Assembly: GCA_017445905.1 (NCBI GenBank)
Contig: JAFSRX010000013.1
Coordinates: 15,815 to 79,814 of the forward strand
DNA: 64,000 bases
From: Eubacterium sp.
GTDB lineage: Bacteria > Bacillota > Clostridia > Oscillospirales > Acutalibacteraceae
Direction of reading: 5' to 3'
Below, piece by piece: positions 28,633-37,041 of the stretch. The notes beneath the pieces are model-generated. The model was not told where the DNA came from. It saw nothing but the letters and a program-made list of their open reading frames with translations, and made no database searches. The translations under genes and the position numbers were made by a program. Positions within the stretch are counted from its first letter, which is position 1, and each line of letters opens with the position of its first letter.

Positions 28633-30489
28633 TTATTTTACTTTTATCGTAACGGTGACCGTTACGGTTTTTGACTTATAGGCTGAAGTGCCTGCGGCTT
28701 TAACCTTAACTTTCACTTTATAAGTGCCTTTTTTAAGACCTTTTTTAACGGTGATTTTTCCGGTTTTCTTATCAACGGTTATTTTGCTGTTACCGCTTGA
28801 TTTAGAGTAGGTCACTGTTCCTTTTGCCTTGCTTACCGTTATTGCGTCGGCACGCTTAACCGTTTGATTCTTTTTCTTTACGGCAGAATACTTAACGGTT
28901 TTTGTTTTGCCCTTTGCCGTTAAGGTGTTTGCCTTTTTAGCAAGCTTTGGAACAACCTTCTGTGCCTCGAGAATTTTTCCGCATTCTGAGCAGTGTGTGC
29001 CGGCGGTCAGTCCTGTTTTTGTATAGGTTGCTGCAACCGGTTTGTCAACAACAACCTTGTGTCCCTTTGCCATAATTGTTTTCTGCGCCTGAATAATCTC
29101 TCCGCAGGCGGAGCAATGGCTGCCCTCGGTTTTTCCCGCCTTTGTGCAGGTTGCGGCAACGGCAGAGTCGGTGACAGGTGTGTGTATGACAATTTCCGGT
29201 GAACTCGCAACAATGTATTCATAATAGTCCATATAGTTATATGAGTCCACCGACCACTCGACGCCGTCAACCGTCACATTCGTACTTTCGCTCAAAGCGA
29301 GTGTATCATTTTCATAGTTATATAAGCCGAAATGACAAATCATTTTATAGGTGCCGCAGGTGAAAGTTTCGCCGACAAGGACCTGCTTCCAACTGTCGCC
29401 GTCCTTTTTGTAATAATTTTTCGTGCCGTTCACATTATAATGTACAGGTGTGCCGACAGTTACCGTTACAGTAGGATTCACCGCTTTATTGCCTACGGCA
29501 AGAATGGAAGCAATATCGGAGGTTGCATCCATATGACTGATACGGGGTCTGTTGTCCTCTCTTTTGGATTTACAGATATTGCAGCGATAATCGGTATCGC
29601 TGTCGTAGATATGCGCTGCTTTTGTGCTATCCACCACTGCGCCGCAGTCCTTGTTTTTGCAGATGTTCCAGTGGTATTCGCCGTCCGACATCCACTGAGT
29701 TCCTGCGTTATGGGGGAGCATATCGCCCACTTCAAAGGTTTCCGTGCCTTTTCTGCCGCATTCGCAGGATTTATAGTAAACTGCTTTGCTGTGGCAGGTG
29801 GCGTCGGCTTTCTTATATTTATCTGCTACGACTTCCTGCGTAAACGAATGAGTGTGCCCAACCTGAGGCTCCATCTCATAATCGCAAACTGTGCAGAGGA
29901 TGGGGTATTCCGCTGTTGCGCTGCCCTCATGGTCGGGAGTGTGCGCCGCCGTGTCCTGTATTGCTCCGCAGTCGGGACATTCGTGCCAGTGATTTGTTTC
30001 ATCATAGTGCCACTCGGTAAAATCGTGAACGGTAAATTCGGGCGAGCGGAATACCATATACTCATATCCGCTCATAGGTCTGTACGAACGGTAGGTCCAC
30101 TCTTCGCCGTCCACCGTCAGGGTAGTATTTTCATCAAGATAATAGGTGCTGTTATCGCCGTTGTATAAGCCAAAATAGCAGGTTAATCTATATGTTCCCG
30201 TAGTAAAGGTATCGCCGGACGAGCACGCTTTGAAATTGCCGTTGTCATCCTTTTTATACCAGTTGATATTGCCTGCGGGGTTATAGAGCGCGGGCGCACC
30301 GACGGTTACCGTAATCGTCGGATTAGTTGATGTGTTAATCGGATTGCCGAAGCCGAGGAGGGACTCTATATTCGAGGTTGCAACAATTTCGGGGATATAG
30401 GTTCTCTCCTCACCGAAAGCAATACCCGACGGTATTAAATTAAATACCATAACTATCGCCGTAACCAAGCTGATTAATGCTTTTTTCAT
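28633..30489 (-). CDS. Secreted surface protein: two copies of an unrecognised ~120-aa beta domain, Cys/His repeats and the same Lys-rich C-terminal module
   Basis: Signal peptide; internal repeat ATS.I.S.L..GN...NPT.TVTVG.P..YN...GTY...C.FGLYN...VDG.EW...SPE; C-terminus shared with 26832..28490. Confidence 0.85.
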   Translation of the reverse strand: MKKALISLVTAIVMVFNLIPSGIAFGEERTYIPEIVATSNIESLLGFGNPINTSTNPTITVTVGAPALYNPAGNINWYKKDDNGNFKACSSGDTFTTGTYRLTCYFGLYNGDNSTYYLDENTTLTVDGEEWTYRSYRPMSGYEYMVFRSPEFTVHDFTEWHYDETNHWHECPDCGAIQDTAAHTPDHEGSATAEYPILCTVCDYEMEPQVGHTHSFTQEVVADKYKKADATCHSKAVYYKSCECGRKGTETFEVGDMLPHNAGTQWMSDGEYHWNICKNKDCGAVVDSTKAAHIYDSDTDYRCNICKSKREDNRPRISHMDATSDIASILAVGNKAVNPTVTVTVGTPVHYNVNGTKNYYKKDGDSWKQVLVGETFTCGTYKMICHFGLYNYENDTLALSESTNVTVDGVEWSVDSYNYMDYYEYIVASSPEIVIHTPVTDSAVAATCTKAGKTEGSHCSACGEIIQAQKTIMAKGHKVVVDKPVAATYTKTGLTAGTHCSECGKILEAQKVVPKLAKKANTLTAKGKTKTVKYSAVKKKNQTVKRADAITVSKAKGTVTYSKSSGNSKITVDKKTGKITVKKGLKKGTYKVKVKVKAAGTSAYKSKTVTVTVTIKVK

Positions 30490-30616
30490 AATTATTCTCC
30501 TTTTTGAGCTTTATTATAAGAGCAGTAAATACAACGGATAATTATTATTCCGTAAGCAGTCCTCCAAATGATATAATGTACCAAATTTATTATAATTAAT
30601 TTTCATAAAATTTCAT

Positions 30617-30634
30617 ATCATCCAAAAGTATGAT
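30617..30634. promoter_or_regulatory. Candidate operator of the NarL-type regulator, box A (ATCATCC-N4-GTATGAT)
   Basis: Near-perfect 7-4-7 palindrome, 22 nt upstream of a minus-strand TATAAT (30589-30594) that serves the surface-protein genes. Confidence 0.6.
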
Positions 30635-30644
30635 TTTAATACAA

Positions 30645-30672
30645 AACAGGATGCGCCTCGGCGCATCCTGTT
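30645..30672 (-). terminator. Terminator of the response-regulator gene
   Basis: 12-bp stem aacaggatgcgc/gcgcatcctgtt with a U-run on the minus strand. Confidence 0.8.
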
Positions 30673-30674
30673 AA

Positions 30675-31307
30675 CTAATCTTTTCTTTTTTTAATTACTA
30701 TTCCGAGACTTCTTGCTTCGCTGACGAGTTCCGTTCGGGTTTTAAAGCCGGTTTTTTCCATTAGGTGCTGAATATGACTCTTGACTGTGGGAAGCGATAT
30801 GTGAAGTCTTTCGGCAATCGCAGTGTTTGTATCTCCCGTGGTAAGCTCTTTGAGAATTTCAAGCTCACGTTCGGTGAAATCGTGGTTTGTTGTGTTGCCG
30901 ATATGAATGAGCGGAGTTTTATCTGGGTATATGTTTTCGCCCGCCATTGTTCTCTCCATAACATCAAGGATGCTATCCTTCTGTCCGTCCTTATACCAAA
31001 AGGAATCAACGCCGATTTTTCTTGCTCTCTCAAGCCACGAATACTCGGGCATCGAGGTAACTATAACAACCTTTATTTCAGGAAATGCTTTTTTGATTTC
31101 TTCTGCGGCGTCAAGCCCGCTGTGACCGAGCTCGGTAAGAACATCCATAAGTATTAAATCAATCTTGTTGTTTGAGCAAATCGACAGAGCTGCCGACGCA
31201 TTGGAAACAGAAAGAAGATGGCTGAACTTTTCACTTGAATTTATATAGATTTCAAAAAGCTGGCGGGGCATATCTTGGTCTTCAACAATAAGAACATTAT
31301 ATGGCAT
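30675..31307 (-). CDS. NarL/LuxR-family response regulator
   Basis: Receiver domain (VEDQ, ILMDV phospho-Asp, VTS, WYK) and LuxR HTH (FTERELEIL..L..G.TN..IA.RLHIS..TVKSH). GGAGG RBS fits ATG 31307. Confidence 0.93.
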   Translation of the reverse strand: MPYNVLIVEDQDMPRQLFEIYINSSEKFSHLLSVSNASAALSICSNNKIDLILMDVLTELGHSGLDAAEEIKKAFPEIKVVIVTSMPEYSWLERARKIGVDSFWYKDGQKDSILDVMERTMAGENIYPDKTPLIHIGNTTNHDFTERELEILKELTTGDTNTAIAERLHISLPTVKSHIQHLMEKTGFKTRTELVSEARSLGIVIKKRKD

Positions 31308-31354
31308 ATTGAACACCTCCAGTTTGATTATACATCAATTCAAAGCAAATGTAT

Positions 31355-31372
31355 ATAAGCCATTCGGATGAT
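31355..31372. promoter_or_regulatory. Candidate operator box B (ATAAGCC-N4-GGATGAT)
   Basis: Same 7-4-7 motif, again 22 nt upstream of a minus-strand TATAAT (31327-31332) that serves the regulator gene. Confidence 0.55.
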
Positions 31373-31385
31373 ATTTCAATAGTTT

Positions 31386-31414
31386 TTGAAATATTTTGTA
31401 TAGTATGGTATAAT
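31386..31414 (+). promoter_or_regulatory. sigma-A promoter of the kinase pair
   Basis: TTGAAA-17 nt-TATAAT with a TG extension. Confidence 0.65.
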
Positions 31415-31444
31415 AAATTTAATTTGTTGCAGAGGAGGGAAAGT

Positions 31445-33097
31445 ATGAACGAAGTAAAAACGACATTCAGGCGGATGGCGCTTTATTATCTGTTGCTTGC
31501 CGTTAATATTATTCCCTGCGGACAACTTATTCCCGATGTTTTTCCAATGCGCAATCTTTCGGTAATCTATCTTCTGACGCTTTGCGTTTGTCATATTTTA
31601 TATTATTCTCACCGCGTTACTCCTATGGGCGGACTTTCCTTTATGATGAAGGCGCTTTCGGCGATGAGCCTTCTTCTGATTCTTTTTAGAGGAATTAAAT
31701 ACAGTGTTTTTGCCGAGATAGGCGTTATTGACCGCCATATATGGTATCTATATTATGTTCCTATGATTTTAATGCCTTTATTTCTTTTTTACATTTCGCT
31801 TTATGTTGCGCCGAAAAAGGATTTCAAAATAAAGAAATGGCTCTGGACTGCTGTGATTTCAGCAGGATTCATTATTCTGATTTTAACGAATGATTTGCAC
31901 CAGCTTGTTTTCAGTTTTCAGCCTGATTTTGAGCGCTGGGACAGCGAATATTCCTATGGGATATTGTTTTATATTATAACTGTTTGGAGATATATTCTCT
32001 ATCTTTCGGCAATTACCATTCTTGTTATGAAATGCCGTATAACATCTTCAAAGAAAAACGCCTGGATAATAATGATTCCTTTTGTTATCGGAGCTGTTAT
32101 GAATACTCTTCTGGTAACAGAAAAAATGCCGAAAATCAACGGCACATATATCATTGAATTTCCGGAGGCGCTTATTTTCACCGCTGCGGTCGTTCTTGAA
32201 TGCTGCATCGGACTCGGTCTTATTCCGACTAATACGGATTACGGAAAGCTGTTTCAGAAGTTTTCTATTGCAGCACAGATTACGGATAAAAACGGAGATA
32301 CCGTTTATTCCTCACTTTGGGCAAGTCCTTTAAGCAAGGAGCAATTTCAGTCTGAAAGCGGAAGCCGAATAAGCGAGCATACGGTTTTGAATAAAATGGA
32401 GATTCCCGGCGGTTTCGGTTTCTGGCAGGACGATATGACCGAGCTTGACCGCCTTAACGATGAGCTTGCCCGTGCTAAAGAGGAACTTTTACAGGAAAAC
32501 GAGCTTATTCGACTCAGAAATAAACTGAAAGAGAAGCAAACGAAAACCGAGCAGCGCTCAGTTGTTTATGATATGATAGCAAAGCGAACGCAAAAGCAAT
32601 CGCAGTTGATTTCCGAGTATGCAAAAACCGCTCGCACCACGGAAGATTTAAGCATTAAGGAAGAATCTCGAAAGAGAATATTACTGCTCGGCGCATATAT
32701 TAAGCGCTATGCAAATCTTATGCTGCTGTCTCAGGAGGACGGATATATTGAAACGGGCGAATTTGCGCTGTCTGTTTCGGAGGTTCTGAGATATCTCAAT
32801 TATTGCGGTATTCCAAGTGAATTTATAAGCAATGCCCAGGGAATAATCAGCGCAGATACTGCACTGAAAACCTTTGAAATATTTGAAACTCTGCTTGAGA
32901 GTAATCTTTCCGTGCTGAAAGGAACCTTTGTTAATCTTTCAACGGAAGAATTAAAAATAACGCTTGAAAACCTCAATGATACCATTTCAAACAGTACGAT
33001 AAATGAACTCAAAAGCTATGGCGTTCAAACGCGGATAAACAGCGAAGATGGTGTTACATACATCTGTTTTACTCTAGGGAAAGGGGGCGAAGCATAA
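31445..33097 (+). CDS. Multi-TM sensor protein, histidine-kinase-like (HisKA_7TM-type N-terminus), probably a pseudokinase
   Basis: About 8 TM helices including ILTNDLHQLVF; coiled coil; YDMI where an H-box His would be expected; no clear N/G boxes. GGAGG RBS fits ATG 31445. Confidence 0.75.
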   Translation: MNEVKTTFRRMALYYLLLAVNIIPCGQLIPDVFPMRNLSVIYLLTLCVCHILYYSHRVTPMGGLSFMMKALSAMSLLLILFRGIKYSVFAEIGVIDRHIWYLYYVPMILMPLFLFYISLYVAPKKDFKIKKWLWTAVISAGFIILILTNDLHQLVFSFQPDFERWDSEYSYGILFYIITVWRYILYLSAITILVMKCRITSSKKNAWIIMIPFVIGAVMNTLLVTEKMPKINGTYIIEFPEALIFTAAVVLECCIGLGLIPTNTDYGKLFQKFSIAAQITDKNGDTVYSSLWASPLSKEQFQSESGSRISEHTVLNKMEIPGGFGFWQDDMTELDRLNDELARAKEELLQENELIRLRNKLKEKQTKTEQRSVVYDMIAKRTQKQSQLISEYAKTARTTEDLSIKEESRKRILLLGAYIKRYANLMLLSQEDGYIETGEFALSVSEVLRYLNYCGIPSEFISNAQGIISADTALKTFEIFETLLESNLSVLKGTFVNLSTEELKITLENLNDTISNSTINELKSYGVQTRINSEDGVTYICFTLGKGGEA

Positions 33098-34332
33098 TGG
33101 TATCCTTTAGTATGCTCCCTGCTTTACTGCGCAGTTTGTTTGCGCTCTGGACATTGCTCCTCTGCCTGATAAATATCGGAAGCGGTGTTCTGGCGGCGGT
33201 AAAAAAGCACCTTGCTTATACTGCTTTCGCAATTTTGCTCTTTGTGCCGTCATACTTTATGTGGCAGGTTATTTTTGACTATTCGCTGATTGAAAAAATG
33301 AAGCATATATCCGAAATTACGCAGCGCATTGTTTTATTTCCCACAGCTTACTTGTTAATAGCTTTTGTTGCTTTAACAATCGCAAGCGCAGTGCTGTTTT
33401 TGCGAAATATTAAATTTGACAGAACCTTTATTACTCCCGGCACTATTAAACTTTATCTTGATAAAGTTCCTTGCGGTATTTGCTGCTGGCGCGAAAACGG
33501 AAGGATTCTGTTTTCAAATGTCTGTATAAATGAGCTTTGTATGGAAGTCTCTTCAACCCCTCTCCTCAACGGCAATCATTTTAATGAGACAGTGAAAGAC
33601 GGAATACTGAAAATCGGCGATAAAGTATGGCGTTTTGTTTGTAACGAAATTGAGCTTGACGGCGAAAAGCTTCGGGAAATGATAGCTTCTGATATCACCG
33701 ATGAAAATGCCAAAACCGAGGCGCTCAAAAACGATAACGCCCGTATTTCACAGCTCAACAGAGAATTGCAGGATTATTATATAAGTATAGACGAATCAGT
33801 TAAAAGAACAGAAATTCTGCAAGCGAAAATGAATATCCACGATGAAATGAACCGCCTTATGCTCTTAACTGTTTCCTGCGATAAGGAGGACGTTAAGAAA
33901 CTTGATAAGGTCTTTTCACTTTGGGAACAAAATTCACTTCTGCTCTGTATGGAAGCGGATAAAAAAGCTTCAAATCAGAAATCGGAGAGTCTTAACGCTC
34001 TTGCAAAATCCCTCGGAATAAATCTTAAGTGGGATATGATGATTCCAAAAACGCTTACGGATGAACAAAAGGAACTCTTTTTCTTTACCTCTCAGGAAGC
34101 GTTGATTAACGCCGTTAAACACGCTGCCGCCAAGGAAATGACAATTTCTGCAGAGTCGGGTGAGGGTGAAGTTGTTTTCAGATTCACGAATAACGGAAAA
34201 ATACCAACGAGTGAGATACACTATGAAGGCGGACTAGCAAATATTGAATATCTTGCAGGAAAACAGGGCGCAACCGTTAGTGTTGAACTCAGCGAAGCAT
34301 TCACTCTTGTCTTGCAGATTAAACTCTCATAA
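33097..34332 (+). CDS. NarX/DesK-type sensor histidine kinase
   Basis: H-box NIHDEMNR, N-box QEALINAVKHA, FTNNG (G1-like), GGLANI (G2-like); 1-bp TAATG overlap with the upstream gene. Confidence 0.8.
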   Translation: MVSFSMLPALLRSLFALWTLLLCLINIGSGVLAAVKKHLAYTAFAILLFVPSYFMWQVIFDYSLIEKMKHISEITQRIVLFPTAYLLIAFVALTIASAVLFLRNIKFDRTFITPGTIKLYLDKVPCGICCWRENGRILFSNVCINELCMEVSSTPLLNGNHFNETVKDGILKIGDKVWRFVCNEIELDGEKLREMIASDITDENAKTEALKNDNARISQLNRELQDYYISIDESVKRTEILQAKMNIHDEMNRLMLLTVSCDKEDVKKLDKVFSLWEQNSLLLCMEADKKASNQKSESLNALAKSLGINLKWDMMIPKTLTDEQKELFFFTSQEALINAVKHAAAKEMTISAESGEGEVVFRFTNNGKIPTSEIHYEGGLANIEYLAGKQGATVSVELSEAFTLVLQIKLS

Positions 34333-34340
34333 AAGAACGT

Positions 34341-34391
34341 AAAAAAAGCATAGCTCCCTTAGAAAAATGTCCTAAGGAGCTATGCTTTTTT
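34341..34391. terminator. Bidirectional terminator
   Basis: aaaaaagcatagctcc...ggagctatgctttttt stem between convergent genes. Confidence 0.85.
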
Positions 34392-34397
34392 GTTTTA

Positions 34398-35105
34398 TTA
34401 TTTGAAATCCTTTTCGCAGAGCGCTTCAACCTCTTCACAAACTGCTTTAAGGCTGCAGGTTTGGCAGTCCATTTTTATATCCTTCATTATATGGTCGAGT
34501 GCCGTTGTTATGTTTTCCGATTTTTGCATTATTGTTTCAAGCTCATCATAAGGAAAATCCTTTGCAGTCACAAAGAGAAGCTTAACCGCTTCAACCTGGG
34601 GCTGTTTTTTATATTCTTCAATAAAGAGTTTTCCAATATCAGAAAAGCTGATTCCATTTTTTATGGCTTTTTTGCTTACTCTTGCGGCTTCCCTGTGGGT
34701 AAATGCGGAAATTCTCATCATATATCCCTCGGGATTGATATGATAGCGGGCATATTCGATTTTTCTTATAGTCTGATATAGCTTTTCGCCAGTTCCCATT
34801 TCATTTTCATTAACACGAATAAGCGCAATTCTTGCGAAAGGTGAATTTGCTTTTATATCGCATAAATCATCACCGATAAGAAGAATTTCGTCACAGGGAA
34901 CATATTCCTCCTTGTCAGTAAATGCAACGCTGCTTACTGCAGGAAGTGTTCCTGAACCGAGTTCATATGCAGTATCGTTTAGAAAAACTATCTGGTTTTT
35001 ATCAGAACTCTTCCATTTGGAAGGGCTGTTTGCTTCAAATTTCTTAACGCAGTGGCTTTTTAAGATTTTGCCAACTCCGTCAAAACATTCATTATATAGT
35101 TTCAT
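34398..35105 (-). CDS. Stand-alone acetyl-CoA synthase (CdhC/AcsB) middle-domain homolog with a C-terminal CxxCx5Cx6C motif
   Basis: AYELG, ILLIGDDL...PFA, INPEGYMMR...RVSKKAIKNGISFSDIG resemble the ACS middle domain; only 235 aa. Confidence 0.7.
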   Translation of the reverse strand: MKLYNECFDGVGKILKSHCVKKFEANSPSKWKSSDKNQIVFLNDTAYELGSGTLPAVSSVAFTDKEEYVPCDEILLIGDDLCDIKANSPFARIALIRVNENEMGTGEKLYQTIRKIEYARYHINPEGYMMRISAFTHREAARVSKKAIKNGISFSDIGKLFIEEYKKQPQVEAVKLLFVTAKDFPYDELETIMQKSENITTALDHIMKDIKMDCQTCSLKAVCEEVEALCEKDFK

Positions 35106-35106
35106 A

Positions 35107-35874
35107 TTATAATACTTTCAGTTTTTTCAGTGCCTCTTTTGTACCGAGAACAACGGGGGACTCCTCAGAGAGCTTATAAACGCTTTCACCCCTCATATCA
35201 TTAAGCGCCATTTCTCTGTCATCGCTAATGCAGGAAAGCAGTTCAAGTCTTCCTGTATCAAGGCTATCCTTAAGTTGTATATCGGGCATTCTGTTGATTA
35301 TAACTCCTGTTTTATCAAACATAACGAGTTCTTTTGCAACCTTGTGAATTGTCTGAATAACCTGCAAGCCTTTTTTGCTGGCGTCTGAAACAAGAACTAA
35401 ATGAGTAACCTTTTCCATAACTCTTCGGTTAACCTGTTCAATTCCTGCTTCACCGTCGATAACAACAAAATCGAAATTATCGGAAATCATGGAAATGATT
35501 TCTTTTAGATATGCATTAACCTTGCAATAGCATCCTGCGCTTTCAGGACGTCCGATTGCAAGAAAAGAAATATTTCCTTTTTCAACAAGCGCATCAAACA
35601 TCTGATATTTCGCTTCACCTAATAGCTCAATAGCGGCGTTTTTGTTTCCTCCTTCAACAGTCTGAACAAATGATTTTCTGATATCATCAACAGTTGAAGT
35701 TATTTCAATTCCGAGCGCAGTTGAAAGACCGACAGCGGGGTCAGCGTCAATAGCAAGTATTCTTTTATCAGGATACGCCTGTGAGAGAAGGCGAACGGTT
35801 ATTGCCGAAAGTGAGGTTTTGCCGACTCCGCCTTTGCCTACAAGGGCGATAATAGTTGTATTAGTTTCTTCCAT
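35107..35874 (-). CDS. cooC: CooC-family nickel-insertion ATPase
   Basis: Deviant Walker A GKGGVGKT, IDADP, GCYC Ni-binding motif, IDGEAGIEQ. Confidence 0.88.
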   Translation of the reverse strand: MEETNTTIIALVGKGGVGKTSLSAITVRLLSQAYPDKRILAIDADPAVGLSTALGIEITSTVDDIRKSFVQTVEGGNKNAAIELLGEAKYQMFDALVEKGNISFLAIGRPESAGCYCKVNAYLKEIISMISDNFDFVVIDGEAGIEQVNRRVMEKVTHLVLVSDASKKGLQVIQTIHKVAKELVMFDKTGVIINRMPDIQLKDSLDTGRLELLSCISDDREMALNDMRGESVYKLSEESPVVLGTKEALKKLKVL

Positions 35875-35876
35875 TT

Positions 35877-36065
35877 TTATTCCGTTTTTAATATAACATA
35901 TCCGTCTGTCAGGCTTGCTTTTAAAAGTGAGCCTTCAACAGTACAGCGCCTGCCCATTAAATCAATTAATATAACCTGATTTTCGGAGCATTCAACTTCC
36001 ATAACATTATTCATTATAGCTGTATCTTCGGATATTTCGTTTTTATATGCAGTTGATAAACACAT
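35877..36065 (-). CDS. cooT: CooT-family nickel-binding protein
   Basis: 62 aa, MCL start (Cys2), 'L.D.MG....V.G.L....L' pattern. Confidence 0.82.
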   Translation of the reverse strand: MCLSTAYKNEISEDTAIMNNVMEVECSENQVILIDLMGRRCTVEGSLLKASLTDGYVILKTE

Positions 36066-36067
36066 AA

Positions 36068-36232
36068 TTATAACTTCTTATCTTTCTTGAGATTATCGTA
36101 GTAAGGCTGCAGCTTATCATATATTTTTCTGACAAGCTTCATATCACTGTTTGTATAGTATATTGAAAAGGTTATAACAAAAAATGCAAACAAAACTGCA
36201 AGGATTATTAAAACAGCTTTTAAAAATTTCAT
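36068..36232 (-). CDS. 54-aa single-TM protein of unknown function
   Basis: ATG 36232 directly after the activase stop; MKFLKAVLIILAVLFAFFVITFSIYY hydrophobic stretch followed by a basic tail. Confidence 0.7.
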   Translation of the reverse strand: MKFLKAVLIILAVLFAFFVITFSIYYTNSDMKLVRKIYDKLQPYYDNLKKDKKL

Positions 36233-36233
36233 T

Positions 36234-37028
36234 TTATTTTGCCATTCCTTTCTGTCTTGCATATTCAGCAGCACCGAGCGCACCCATTAACTGAGGGTCG
36301 GTTTTAAGCTCAACAACTTTAATTTTGAGAACCTTTTCAATAGCCTGTTTTAAACCGTCGTTTTTAGCGCATCCGCCTGTTAAGGTTATGCTGTCTGTTG
36401 CGCCCGCTTTTTTTGCCATAACAAAACATCTCTTTGCAACAGCGAGTTGAATTCCTGCGGCAATTTCATCCATCGGTTTTCCTTCACCGACAAGGGAAAT
36501 AACCTCGCTCTCAGCGAAAACAGTACACTGAGCCGTAATTGGAATTGTGTTCTTTGCCTGAAGAGAAAGTTTTGAGAATTCAGGTAAAGTCATTTCAAAC
36601 GCATTCGCCATTGCTTCATAAAAACGCCCTGTTCCTGCAGCGCATTTATCATTCATAGCAAAATTCTTAACAGTTCCGTCGGTATCAATAGCAATGCCCT
36701 TTACGTCCTGACCGCCGATATCGATAATTGCTTTAACATTGGGGTTTGTAACGTGAACTCCCATTGCATGGCAGGAAATTTCGCTTATGTTTTCGTCTGC
36801 AAAGGGAACCTTGTTTCTTCCGTATCCTGTTCCAACAAGATATGTTAAATCCTTTGCTGAATCTAATCCTTCAACCTGTGATACAGCATCATTTAGCGCT
36901 ATTTCAGCCGACTGAACGGGATTAATTTTACTTCTGTTTGTAACATCGGCAACCATTTTGCCGTCTTCATCAAGTATAACGCATTTTGTGTAGGTTGAGC
37001 CTACATCACATCCGCCAAAATATTTCAT
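36234..37028 (-). CDS. ATP-dependent dehydratase/reductase activase (HgdC/archerase, ASKHA fold)
   Basis: GCDVGSTYTK, TGYGR, SEISCH, IDIGGQDVK, MNDKCAAGTGRF, ITAQCTVFAESEVI (two cluster Cys). Confidence 0.93.
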   Translation of the reverse strand: MKYFGGCDVGSTYTKCVILDEDGKMVADVTNRSKINPVQSAEIALNDAVSQVEGLDSAKDLTYLVGTGYGRNKVPFADENISEISCHAMGVHVTNPNVKAIIDIGGQDVKGIAIDTDGTVKNFAMNDKCAAGTGRFYEAMANAFEMTLPEFSKLSLQAKNTIPITAQCTVFAESEVISLVGEGKPMDEIAAGIQLAVAKRCFVMAKKAGATDSITLTGGCAKNDGLKQAIEKVLKIKVVELKTDPQLMGALGAAEYARQKGMAK

Positions 37029-37041
37029 ATTATTTATCTCC

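Noticed and set aside
29332-30168. 278-aa plus-strand ORF
   Set aside because: Antisense shadow of the surface-protein gene in a GC-richer region; no RBS and no recognisable motifs.
24959-34391. tRNA-anchored genomic island (surface genes plus signalling genes)
   Set aside because: No integrase and no repeat of the tRNA 3' end was found at the far side; accessory character alone is not enough.
34398-36065. Wood-Ljungdahl pathway / functional acetyl-CoA synthase
   Set aside because: The ACS homolog lacks the A-cluster domain, and no cooS, acsC/D/E is present in the window.
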